Origin: Lepidodermella squamata
Taxonomy: Eukaryota; Animalia; Gastrotricha
Reading direction: 5' to 3'
Length of the DNA stretch: 64,000 bases
Assembly: GCA_047495785.1 (NCBI GenBank)
Contig: JBLDXI010000024.1
Location: 1,240,001-1,304,000 of the forward strand
Made by a program: the position numbers and the translations under genes. The first letter of the stretch is position 1. Every line of letters begins with the position of its first letter. Under the pieces are notes generated by a model. The model ran no database searches and was not told the DNA's origin. It saw only the letters and a program-made list of their open reading frames with translations. This document shows, piece after piece, positions 38,178 to 50,480 of this stretch.

Positions 38178-38687
38178 ATGACAGATTCCGAGGAAGACGA
38201 GAAGAAAGAACTGTCCACGGCTAACATTATTCTGCTAGCTCTTACTTGCCCTATTATTGTCATAATTTTCGCCTATGCTATATCAATACTCGTCCGGGTT
38301 GCAATGGTCCTTGCTAAGTAAGAATTTTCATCTCGAATTTTTAAATTAATTCTTTTCTTTCACAGTGGTACAAAAGCCGCAAACTCTAAAAAGACCAAAG
38401 AAAAGGAGGAAAATGAATCACCGCCGAAAAACGAAATTCGGCCGAGAGCCGGGTCAGGTCGAAGGGCTGCTAAAAAAGATAGCCTCACCTCGCTGGAACC
38501 TGGTGTTGGAGACCTCGATCGGCGTTACAGCAAGGCGGGCAGTCAGGATAATCTGCTAGTGTCAGATGCCCACAATCGGCGCCGTATTTCAGTCCTATCT
38601 ATGGTTTCACAGCGTCAAGTTATGGCCGAGGGTATTGACTTTGACCAGCCACCACCAGCGCCTAACAAAGGATTCAATTGGAAATGA
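38178..38687 (+). CDS. Single-pass membrane protein, paralog 1 (exons 38178-38317, 38366-38687)
   Basis: MTDSEEDEKKELSTANIILLALTCPIIVIIFAYAISILVRVAMVLA, 48-nt phase-2 intron, then an open hydrophilic tail ending FNWK. Confidence 0.7.
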
Positions 38688-39249
38688 TCCGTTCCTACAA
38701 CTGACACTATATATTTGCTATATTATCCTCAATAATTGACGTTAGAAAATATTAGATTCTATATTTTGCGTCTAAATGTTGAATGTAGGTTGGGAATAAA
38801 ATTTGACATGGAAATACCGAAAGGAGTTAATCCCACAATTTTCAAATTCATTGAACTTTCCTGACGAAACCATTTAAGAAAGAAAATCTGCATTAATTGA
38901 GAAAAATCAGATATTTTTACCAAAGCGGGGAAATCATCATCGGTCCGCAAATTTATGCAAATTCACGAATTTTACCTGATTGCGGGGTATTTAAATTTTT
39001 TATAATTTATAATTTTTCATATTTTTCATTTAATAATATTGTCAATTGTGAGCTGGGCGGCAATCGAGACCAGATAGCGAAATTTTCCCGGCTATCTGTC
39101 AAATTGCAAAAGAACGCAATATTTTGTTCGTAAAAAGCGATAGAAAAACCCAATACGTTTTTTTATTCTTCGAAAATATTCATTATGGTGGATTTTTTAT
39201 TTTATTTTATATTTTATTTTCCAGTTATTATTTGACTTGCTGCGGTCGT

Positions 39250-39688
39250 TCAGTAGCGGAAACAGACATTAGGAGCGTTAGGCGATGGCTTGGCCGGGGC
39301 TTCGAAAAACGACGCTGTGTTGAGCTTCGGTGCGTTCCAGAACGCCGTCATGTCCTGCTGCGGTTCTTTGAAGAAATTCCGCGGCGTGACCAACTGCTGC
39401 GATTCGCCTGAGTTGACTCGCCGGAAATCACCCACACCGGTTTGCTCGCGGCGCTGATTTTCGTCTTTCACCTCGTCAGCTGAAGAAGGTCTCACCTTAT
39501 TCGCACTATTCGCTCTGGCTTTCCTGGTCGCAGAAAAAAATTATAAAAATTACTTAAATATTTTTTGAAAATTACTTCATCGAGAGAATGACGTTAACCA
39601 TAATAGCGACGGCCAGGAAAAAAATTGCGGCAATAATCGGACAGACGATAATTAGGACGATAAGATTTGTTGAAGACACGTTCCCCAT
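39250..39688 (-). CDS. Single-pass membrane protein, paralog 2 (exons 39688-39576, 39523-39250)
   Basis: MGNVSSTNLIVLIIVCPIIAAIFFLAVAIMVNVILSM, phase-2 intron after the TM, hydrophilic tail; shares N-x7-CPII with paralog 1. Confidence 0.7.
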
Positions 39689-40282
39689 GGTTTGTTCGAT
39701 TCGATTTCAAGGCGAAATTTCGTGAAAAAAATGACTCGTACCCCTCTCGGCGTCGTGCAAAAAAACAACAAAGCGCTCTTCGACATCTGAATAATTCATC
39801 GGCGACCAGGCGCGGTTGAAAAAATGCGTTACAAAAATGCGCGATTGCTTGGTAACTTGGCGTTGGATTTTCCTGCGTCAACGCTTTTTCAATTGAAAAT
39901 AGCCCTTAAAATCGATGGGATTGCTCCAACTCCAGCGTGGTGCTTTGTTCTTGAATCCAGATAATATTTTAGTTCGACTCAGGTGCGATTTACGCGAGCA
40001 AAAACAAATTAATATTTTTAAGTGAATTTAATTGTTTGTACCACGTGATTTCTGAATGGTACAGAGGATCGCATAAACAGACTAGGACAGCTTTCATTGA
40101 CCTGATTTGAATGCCATACTAATAGTAAATAAAAATAATGAATGGCGGGGCAAAGCGTTCACAACTACCAGTGTCAATGAGAAGATGAGAATAAACTCAC
40201 ATAATTTATGAAAGGAGAAATTTGAATAAAATTTTCTCACAATTACAATCTGCCTCTAGCGAAATTTTATTTTCATCGAAAA

Positions 40283-42207
40283 ATGAGCAATAAAATGTTG
40301 ACCTTGAACGGAGTTTTCACGCGAGAAGCACCGCCATTAGCCGATGAGTCATCACTTGTTTCCCTAATTGACGGCAATGACCTGCCGCCGAGCAATGATT
40401 TCATCGAATCAGCGCAAACTGCGGGTCAATTTACGCAGCAGCGAGTTCAAGTTTTATGGCTGCTCACCGAAACGCCTGACCTAGATGATTACTCCGCACC
40501 GCCGATTTCTTGCTACACCCTGTGGCTTATCAACGAATCGTCGCAGAAATGCAAAAAATGGTCCGATGCGATAGTCGAAGCGCTGAGTTCAACATGCTAT
40601 CCAAGTAATAATTTTTCGATTTTTTTAAATTCTATTAATTTTTTTTAAACAGCTCTAGCTCTAAGCTTTTTATTTCGAAATGGAGTCTCAACCGGTATAG
40701 CTGCCGAGGAGAAAATTTCGTGGTGGCGAAATTTGCTGGGGTCACTGATAAATTTCACGGATTTATCGCGGGATTTTCGAAAAAGCATGCTCGAAAATGA
40801 TGCGGTAGGAACCCTTATCGACTACCTGTCAAACAGCTCCGTAAAACAAGCTGCCGTCAAAACCAAGGTAATATTCTTATTTTTATCAATTTTTTTAATT
40901 TTAATTTTTTAATTTTTATTATAGGCTCACGAAGATATTTTATGCATGGTGATGGCAATTCTCCTTAACCTGGCGAAAATGTCGTCAGGGAAGCAATTTT
41001 TCAACAAGGCATCAGCGGCGAAAATTCTTCAAAAATACCTCGACTACCCTGGGGATGTTTACATCAAAGCTGTGTCAGCACTTTGCATTGCCGTTACGAC
41101 GATTGACAACGACGAAAATGCGAAATGGCTGGTGAAGAATAAAATCCCGTCTATGCTCAAGTCATTCTACGAGGAAGGTGCCACATCGGCGGATAGAATG
41201 TTCGAAAAAATGATCCCATGCCACGAATTCATCGACGCCCTGAAAATACTGGCGTTAAACGAGGGTATCAAAGATCAGCTGGTTAAGGAAGATATTCTCA
41301 AAATAATTTTGGATCTCATAAATTCTAACCGATCTGGACTGGAACAATATCGAGGTATCGAGCTGCTGTGGACGCTTTGTTTCGGCAAAACTGGGGTCGA
41401 AAATTGTAAAATGATTGCTCAAAATCAAGAAATTATCGCAGGCTTGAGTCGAATTTCCGGCGATAGTAAGGCCTCAGAAGACTTGCGGGATCTTGCGAAA
41501 AGAGCGTCGGCCTTCATCGCCGATTACGAATCAAAATTGCTGAATAATATCGCGAAAATACCAGCCAATGAAACGAGTGTGGATGGTCCAATTTTTATCA
41601 GTTACGAGAGTCGGTATCAATATATGGCCGAGAGGATTCGGGATCTTTTGGAGGCAAATGACTTGGATGTTTTCATGGAAAATCAAGCCGCTATTAAGAC
41701 CAAGTAATCCTATATTTATATTTCAAAAATTAAAAATCAAATTTTTTTCAGCATTCTTGAAGAGATTTCGAAAAATGTGGAAAATGCGAGTATTGTTATT
41801 TTAGCTTTCTCGGAGAGTTATCGCAGATCGGCCTGTTGCAGAACTGAAGGTGAGTCAGAATGCCTAAAAAACTGAAGAAAATATAATAATTTTATTAAAG
41901 CCGAATATGCATCAGCCCTTAACAAGAAAATAGTCCCAGTTCGAGTTGAAAAAGGGTAATTATTATATTTTATTCCAATTTTACTTCTTTCACTCCCGAT
42001 TTTTCTACAAGGTATACAGCTGATGGCTGGCTAGGCACACTGGTCCCGGCTAAAATGACGATAGATGCGTCCGAGGAAATTGAAAGTTTGTGGATGGACA
42101 AATCTGGCTCGGATTTACTGACTCGAATCGTTGCTCTGAAAACTGGTAAAATTTCGGCGGAAGAAACTAAACCTGAGTCTGCTCAAGGTCGATGCTCTGT
42201 TCAGTGA
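40283..42207 (+). CDS. ARM-repeat + TIR domain protein 1 (exons 40283-40604, 40653-40867, 40925-41703, 41752-41849, 41901-41955, 42012-42207)
   Basis: Helical ARM-like repeats (ILLNLA, ELLWTLCF); TIR motifs IFISY, SESYRRSACCRTEAEYA, KKIVPV, YTADGWLG; ends in CSVQ. Confidence 0.88.
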
Positions 42208-42393
42208 TAAACTCATCTTTCATCTCTAATTGCTTGAGAAGCACCTTGGTTGAAATAGCGAATATCAATTTAGTTGTAAATTTATTATTCAGTATCAGTT
42301 CGTCAAGTAATAATTGTTCGATAAGTTTGTGTCAGTTCACCTGACCTCTTTTCTTCGTATGTAATAAAAACAGAGGTCAATGCGTTCAACGAG

Positions 42394-44329
42394 TTATTGC
42401 TCCTTCTCGCAATCATGTTTTTGCGAGCCATCTTCACACTCGCATAGCATAACCGAGCATTTGCCCAAATTTGCGCAGTCACAGATATCTTTTTGGAAAA
42501 AATAGAAATTTCAATGAAATCGATAGAATTTACAGATTTTTACCCCTGTCGCAGTTGGGGCCGTCGCGAAATTTGCTGAAGCAGGAACATTCATCTGGCG
42601 CCGTGCAATACTTTCCAGACGGGCATCCATTCGAGCACATGGCTGAAAGAAAAGTTATGAACTCGTTTTGAGAATTATCAAAATGGCTATATGTACGCCT
42701 GTCGCAGTAGAGGCCAGTCCATCCGGGTAAGCAATGACAAGCCGGCGAGAGGGCTGAGTAGCAGAACCCATGCGCGCAAATACTAGGGTTGCATTGAACT
42801 AATTAAGGAGTAAATAATTATTAAGGAGGTGGTTTTGCGATGCGAATTACCGAGTCCTGACACACGAAGATCTACCAACTGTTGTTTTTGAGGAAAAGCT
42901 TGGTTATCTGTAACAATCGCTAGGACCAAATCATCCCGAACTGGCAAGGCTGAGGCGAATTTTACGGTGTAAAGCGTGAAACTTGGAACAGTTGGCGAGC
43001 TGTACAACACCTTGCGAAAAGAATTGAATAGGCCAATAAATATCTTTAAATAATCGGAGTGGATATTCGTACTTAAATAAGTACGCGTTTTTTGATATTC
43101 GTACTTAAATAAGTACGCGTTATTTGATATTCGTACTTAAATAAGTACGCGTTATTTGATATTCGTACTTAAGCAGCTTTCCGCTTACGTAATATTCGAA
43201 ATTTTTCGACCATAATATTCAGCTTTTAAAACTGATTAAGAATCATATCTCACCCAGGAAGCTGAGATAACTTGGACTTGTCAAATTTGCATCCAAAAAC
43301 ATGAAATTAGTGTTGGAATGCTCAGGAAACCTAAAAGGTCCTGAACCTTAGATCCAACTTGATGAAAATAGGGAGAAACTCTAGATTTTGCCATCAAATT
43401 TGACAAGTCCAAGTTATCTCAGCTTCCTGGGTGAGATATGATTCTTAATCAGTTTTAAAAGCTGAATATTATGGTCGAAAAATTTCGAATATTACGTAAG
43501 CGGAAAGCTGCTTAAGTACGAATATCAAATAACGCGTACTTATTTAAGTACGAATATCAAATAATGCGTACTTATTTAAGTATGAATATCAAAAAACGCG
43601 TACTTATTTAAGTAGGAATATAACGACCCTTAAATAATATTGCATGCTCACCGTGACATTGGTACCATTTTTCAATGTCATCACGATATTAAACTCGCCG
43701 CTCGACATTAGAGTTCGGTAATTTCTCCCGTCATTGATAGACGTTAGTTTCCAACTTTCAGGATTACTGGTAACGGTCGGAACAGAAGTGACTAGACTCC
43801 CGATCCGGTTGTACCACAACGTGAACCATATTCCCATGCCAATGAAACTGGAGTCATTCATCGAAAATCCAACGTTTTTATAATTGAGCGAGCCTTCTGG
43901 GATGACAAGCAGCCGTAAGCCCTTTGTGCCGTTGATGCAAGTAAAACTGAATGTCGCATTGATGACAAAATCTCCGAGTCCAGAGGGAAATTTCTTAACA
44001 GATATTACTCATGTTTTGCTAGATTTTTATAGAAGGTAGACTGTTTACCATTTTAGATACCATGTAGCCGCTCTGAGTTGCTAAACACGTTTCGTTATTT
44101 CCTCCGAACAGGATATTTTTGTTGCTTTGCAACATGGGCCCAGCCCAATTGCTGCCAAGTTTCCAATCCGAGACTATTGAGTGAAATTCAGGTTCTTTTC
44201 AAGGTATTTACCTCTTCGAAATTCGAACTCACGCTTTCCATCATGAGGGTATGACAGTTCTTTGACATAGTGGCAACATGCCGAGAGTAAAAGGCTTGAC
44301 GCTAGGCTGAAATAGAGGCTGAAATGCAT
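42394..44329 (-). CDS. Secreted L-type-lectin-like + 3 EGF-like protein 1 (7 exons)
   Basis: Signal peptide; beta-rich domain (WKLGSNW, LGDFVINATFSF, FIGMGIWF, NDGRNY, LPVRDDLVLAIV); EGF repeats CAHGFC...CHCLPGWTGLYC and CTAPDECSC; stop after the third Cys module, no TM. Confidence 0.8.
43055..43629. mobile_element. Foldback/Mutator-type long-inverted-repeat element inside an intron
   Basis: Near-identical arms of about 230 bp (43062-43289 / 43395-43620) built partly of 32-bp tandem units, about 105-bp spacer, 9-bp TSD TTAAATAAT (43046-43054, 43630-43638). Confidence 0.9.
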
Positions 44330-45373
44330 TTCTTCTTCGCTGAACGTTGTTATGTCGGAAAGTAAGACATTCAGAGAAAATCGCCATAAAGAAACCTGCT
44401 ATTTTAGATCACTTCATGAAAGATGCAATACGGCAACAAGTCAACGCCATTGTTACTCACCAGGCATTTAGCAGCATTGTTCTCGCCCTTCGCTATTCTA
44501 TAGGTATATCTGGTGAGTGCTATCGGGAAATGAGCGCATCGCGCAATACCATTGTGCGTGACATAATTCCTTTAACACACGTGCGTTGAAAAATTGCAGT
44601 AATTTGTTATGCACAATACAAATATAAAAATTAACCCAATAACGTTATGGGGAAATTTTGCCAGTTGTATCTAACGGGCATATTTCCATACTAAGTATAA
44701 ATTGGGTGAAAGCCAGGCTTGCTGATGAGCCGGAGCCCTTTTTCTCATTAAAATCGATTTTGCATCTTACTCTTGGCAATCTGGAGTCAAGTTAAAGACA
44801 TTTCTAGATAAATCGCGTAACGCAGATGAACGTTTTATTTGAGAAAGACTTTCGAGCTATCACAACTTTAGCCGTGTTAATCGCGATAATAATGTGACAA
44901 CTGGTAAAGTATATCAGCCAACTTGACACTTCATTTTTTCCGCAAGGGTCAAGGATCAATATTTTTAGAGGTTTTCAAATTCTTAACCCCGATTGTTTCC
45001 ATTCAAGGTACCAGGAAAGCGAACTTTGGACATGCACTATCTGAGTTCGCATATTTCAAATAGCGCTTACATGCAAGACCCATTAAAAGACCGATCGAAC
45101 GAAAATTTATGATTTCATTGATTGAAGTTTAATAGGAAACCTATATTTATGTGCTGTTTCGAAGTGCAAAAACATCAGCCATTGAGCCGCGGGTTAATTC
45201 GTCCTTTCACACTTCAAGCTATAATAAAAGGCCATTCCTGTCATTCAAATCACCGCTCCTACGTCAATGATAGCAGCCTCCATTTTACGAGCGCAGCAAT
45301 TTCATCAAACGAAAACCCCGAGAAATTACTGCTAATAAACTGTTTCAAGTGCACTTAGCTTGTAGTCAGGATA

Positions 45374-47207
45374 ATGCCTCCGGTCATCGTAAATTGTGGC
45401 CTGTATCGTCGGGAGACTATACCGGAGAGAGAGCCCCTCATTCCGACCTCTTACGACCAAGCATTCACTCCGAATAAGGACATCAAAAGCTTGCAACAAG
45501 CTTTGAGCGTCGCTCAGTCAAGAATCGATTTCCTTACCCTAGCTGTGGATCACTGCTTCGATGCAACGGGCAGTCGAGGGATTTTACGCCAGGCGTTGTA
45601 TGTCATGTGGCAAATCAACTCTTCGCTGAACGATTTCAGCATAGACTGGTTGAAAAGCGGAATAGTTAGCAGCATCTGCTTCTCAAATTTCACGCGTAAT
45701 TCTTCCGAGGAAGGTTTAAACTGTTTATGGAGGATTTTACTTACAGAAACTTATTTGGGGTACCTTTGTTCGAGCAAGGTTTCTCAGTTATGTGACGAGA
45801 TGATCTTCCGTCTGGCTGAGAATTTCTTTAGCTTTCTAATCAATTTTTCTGATCAATTCGACAACTTTCGGGAGGTTCGATAGGCGTTTGATTATCGAAT
45901 TTTCTTGAATTATTTTTACAGGCTCTATCGGCCAATCGAATTCCCGAAGTTTTGACCAGATTCCTGAGACCTTATGACGAGTTAATTGAGGCTGGTGAAA
46001 CCAACAAGCGTTTAGAGTTCATCGTCAGTTATTCACTGGCCTTGCTCTTCAATCTAACGAAATCACCACCAGTCCGGAAGAAACTCTCAGATTCGGAAAT
46101 CCAACCCGTGCTGATTCCTTATTTGGACTGGAAGGGTTGCAACTACATTCAAGTCTTAGCTGTTCTCAGCCTTGCTCAATATGCTATCACAGAAACCAGT
46201 GTTACCCACCTTAACAACCAGGATGTGTTACCAAAAATTGTCGAGTACTTCACAGCTGCCAACTTGTGCGAAACGAGAAGATATCGGGGAATATCAATAT
46301 TAGAACTAACCTCTTGCCTGACCTCTGTTGCCTCTACTGGAGATAAGGAGGTCCTGGTCAAAGTTGGCATTCACGACGTAATCCGGCTCCTCCTTAACAG
46401 CACCATCGAAGACGAAGTTTCTTCTGGGATCGACCTCGCCAAGGCCCTAACATTCAATCCAGCGAAGGAGATGACCGATATCGTGAAGAGTTTGTTGGGC
46501 GACGAAGAATGCATGGCACCTCTAAAAGAGCTGTCAGAAGCTGTTCACACGCCAGGTGAAATTAGGGAAAAAGTCGACGACCTGTTGAATTTCATGAAAC
46601 GATGTTCTGATAAGAAGAATGAGCCAGCTTGTGTCAGGAAACGCACCAACTCAGCACCTTCCCGAGCCTCTCTAGAAATGAGAAACTGGCGAACGAGATC
46701 GCTAAACCAGCCTCCGAAGCCCCTCCAATTCAAAACAAAGCCAAGAGTTTTTCTAAGCTTTCACAAGCATGACGTGAAGGTTGTTCGAAGGATAGAGAAG
46801 CTGCTGTTCGATAACAATTTCGATGTGATAAATTCTGTGCCGGCCACTGATCACTCTCATTGGGCAATTGCTGAGGAGAATATGCCGTCATGCCACTTCG
46901 TAGCCATTTGCCACTCAGAGGCTTACAATCTGTCCCCGTCTTGCCGCAGAGAGGCTGAATTAGCGAAACGGCTCCACAAGAAGATAGTTTCAGTCCGTAT
47001 CGAAGAAGAGTAAGCTCATATTCAGCTGTTAGTGATTTACCTTGAATATTTATTTTTCTTCATAGCTATGATCCTGAAGGATGGCTAGAAGAGCTGCTGG
47101 AATACTCGGCTTTAGTGCACGTGGAAGCAGATGAGAACTTGCTTCTAAAATCGTCATCCAATGGAGTTTTACTCCTCCAACAACTAGCTAAATTATTCGT
47201 GGAATGA
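45374..47207 (+). CDS. ARM-repeat + TIR domain protein 2 (exons 45374-45874, 45922-47009, 47066-47207)
   Basis: Paralog of protein 1 (LINFSD/LINFTD, LLFNL/LLNL, YLDW/YLDY); TIR motifs VFLSF, SEAYNLSPSCRREAELA, KKIVSV, YDPEGWL. Confidence 0.88.
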
Positions 47208-47594
47208 ACAGCACAAATATCGCGTGAAATATTTATTTTCTGCCTGAGACCTCAATAAAATACCTGCTATTGTTTCCACCTTTCGAAAATGGGCTGAATT
47301 TATGTCTTATATGCCCGGAGAATATGCCGGATATGGAGAATATAATATAGTGAAAATATGACAGATTCAGACCACCAATTGAATGTAGAATTTTCCCGCG
47401 CGCTCCAAGTTTTGCCTGCAAAAATTCGAATAAAATAGCGCGAGCGAATGCTAGTTCCTTTTGGCAACATAATTCAGAATTGTTGCTATTGAAGATATTG
47501 TTATCATATGTGAAGATATGCTCTAATTACTGCAATGATTAAGCTAGTTGAACATGAGTGTCAGTAATCCTGGTATGTTATAACTTCTTGAGGG

Positions 47595-48919
47595 TTAAAT
47601 TCCGCAATCGTGCCTTGGATATCCATCTGCGCAATCGCACATCATCGCGGAACAACGTTTTGCGATGTTACAGTCGCACAATTCTGCAAGTCAAGCGTAA
47701 ATTAATTGCTCAGTTATACCAAAGAAACTTACCCTGGTCGCAGTTGGGTCCTTTCTTGAAGCGGCTAAAGCAAGAACACTCGTTCAACCCTGTGCGGTAC
47801 TGTCCAGGTGGACATTTACTACCAAGGGCTGGAAATAGAAAACTAGGTCATAATAAAAACCTTCGCTTGAAGAATTACGCAAATCGCAATAGGTGCCAGC
47901 CCAACCCGGCAAGCATTTGCAAGCCGTTAGCGAAGAGCAGAATCCATTTTTGCAGATACGTGGATCACATGCGACTGAAAAATCAAAATGTATTCAAACA
48001 GAGGATCAGCTGAATCATTTTATCTTACTAGCATCAGAAACACGTAAATCTATGACCTGATGGCGTTGGGGGAGAACTCGATTGTTGCTTGTAAAAGCCA
48101 CAACCCAATCATCGCGAGTAGGCAGTGCTGTTGTTGCCTTGTAGTTGAACGCTGTGAAGGTTGTGACGTTCCAAGATGAATAGTCCATCTGTCGAAGCAA
48201 CAATCAGATTGGTTATAAGGCGAATCTTGCAAACCAACCTTGAAGTTGATGCCATTGGTGAGGGTGATGATCACGTTGAATGTCCCGCCGGACATCAGGT
48301 CGCGGTAACTTCTTCCATCGTTCCAGGCGGATAGTACATAGCTGCCCAAATCGCTAGCGTTTGTCGGCGTTCCGGTGACTAGCGTAGCAATACGGCCAGA
48401 ATAGGGGGTGAACCACACGTTCAATCCTATGAATGCTGATTCGTTCATGTAGTAGGTAACAGCGTTGTTATCTGTCAGCATTGGCTCGGGAATTATGAGT
48501 AGACGTGATCCCCAACTTCCACCGCAACGGAAATCAAAAGTTGCATTGATGACAAGATCGCCGAGGCCGGAGGGTAGTCTCTGCAATAAAATTGTCGAAA
48601 ATTGAATGAGCCATGTGACTTTGTGGTATGATACTAACCTTCTTCGACACTAAGTAACCGTGAGTGTTTGAATTGCATTCAGTGTTGCCACCAAGCGTTA
48701 TGCGATTGTCTGGCTGTAGGAACGGGCCTGCCCAGTTCCCGCCGACTTTCCAGTTGTCAACTGAAATAGGAAATGAAGAAATATAATTAATCCGATCGGC
48801 CTGGTGATTAATTTTTTACGGTTTCCATCCCCTAAGTACGAGTAGTCGAGTTTGACGCCGCCGAACACAGAACATGAAAGCGAAAGCAGGAAAAAGATTG
48901 ACGGCAAGACGAAGTTCAT
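47595..48919 (-). CDS. Secreted L-type-lectin-like + 3 EGF-like protein 2 (7 exons)
   Basis: Paralog of 42394-44329 with the same exon layout: LPSGLGDLVINATFDFRC, FIGLNVWF, NDGRSY, LPTRDDW, CKNGFC...CLPGWAG. Confidence 0.8.
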
Positions 48920-50414
48920 CTTCAGAAAATGTTACGTTAGATTATTGATATGCTTAAGATGCGAGTGTAAGTCGCACTTCGTTTCGAAAAATTGAGACCA
49001 GCCGCATGAAATATTCATTAAAAGGTGCTATTAATGGAAAAATCAATTGACCTTTTCCGTTTGTTTCAAATGCCTTTTGTCTTCCAGCATGGCAACCAGC
49101 TTTTTCTGAACGTACAAAAAGGCGTCCAGAAAATTCTAATATCCACTGCTATAACGTGGTCGAATTTGGAGACTTCCACGGGAAAAAAGCCCTATGAATT
49201 TATCGTCCTGTCACGTGGCTTCAGTGTCGCCTCATGAATTTATTAGCGATAATTTTATGCTCACAAGGTATTTATTGAAGAATGAAAAAATAAGTTCATG
49301 GTGGTAAATTAGCGGCTCAAATTATTAATAAGGTTTTTTCTCCTCAATGAGGCAAAACATAGTGTGCATATCCTTATGAGCTGTATTGGATGCAACGAGT
49401 TCCAAAACCATTCATTTCATATTTCGCGCACTTGAGAAAATAAATTCTGTGAATTTGAATATCCCCCAGGAGATCATCCTCCACGCAAGTTTGAAGGTAG
49501 TCATAAGCCTAAGCCAAAATCGTCACTTGAATTCGTGAGACTTCTTTTCCGGTGTAGGACTTTTGACTTTGTTCATGAATGTCTCCTAAGCCTTCGTGGA
49601 TTCAAACATCGTTTAAGACACATGAGATTTTTCTTTCGGAACCAAAAGCTAAACATGAAAAGGGATTGATCCGCAGAGAATGATTTTACTTCTCCGCAGA
49701 CTTCCGCCTATGTCCGAAATTTTCAACGGTTTTCCACAGCGGTATTTATTGCTCCAAAGAAGTGCAAAAGAAAGATCGCATCGAAGACAAATACTAATCA
49801 ATACATTTCCACAAGGTCATAATTTTGTCATTGATAGTTAGCACAGCATCGTGCATTATCCTTTTGTTACATAACTTCAATGAGTCGAAATCTGAAATCG
49901 AGATCGAAGCTATCAACAGAGCACAATATTACAGTGTATATCCAACACAGCTGTTTTGTCTTTCCCGCAGTTATGGCTAATGCTTTTCCTTCGCTTGAAC
50001 GAAATTTCTGGGTGCCGACTGCGACTGGCTTCCTCTAGCAACTGTTTCTGTTTGCGAGAGTGACAATAATTTATAATCGATTGAATAAAAAACGAATGGC
50101 AGTGGTTGGATAATCGCCAATATTCGTCGTTGCATAGCATCGATCGTCCTGTTTTGTTTGTAAACGATGAACACCTAGACACATTAATAAATCGGCAATG
50201 TTCTACTTTTTTTTATAGCCGCAACAATATCCAGGGTACTAACGCATAGGGGTAAATTACATGATATATTGCGTCACAATGAAGCGTTATTGGTTTACAT
50301 TATTTACAAATTAAATTATAATCGTTACTATCGTCTATGTTTCCCGCTGATCGCCAATATTATGACCGTTGCTAATGTCTGCTTTTTCGACCTGATTATG
50401 TGTGCCCTAAGGAC

Positions 50415-50421
50415 TATAAAT
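50415..50421 (+). promoter_or_regulatory. TATA box of LGIC D
   Basis: CTATAAATA about 65 nt upstream of ATG 50481. Confidence 0.45.
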
Positions 50422-50480
50422 ACTGGAATTCGTATCGGTTAACTACATACTACATATTACACTTATTCCTTACCCTAAAT

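Noticed and set aside
10060-38178. Acceptor-like TTTAG/TTCCAG just upstream of several ATGs (possible SL trans-splicing)
   Set aside because: Such motifs are common in AT-rich DNA and could be 5'UTR introns; not testable without transcript 5' ends.
43062-43175. 32-bp direct repeats resembling a CRISPR array
   Set aside because: No unique spacers, eukaryotic context, and the repeats are part of a Foldback arm.
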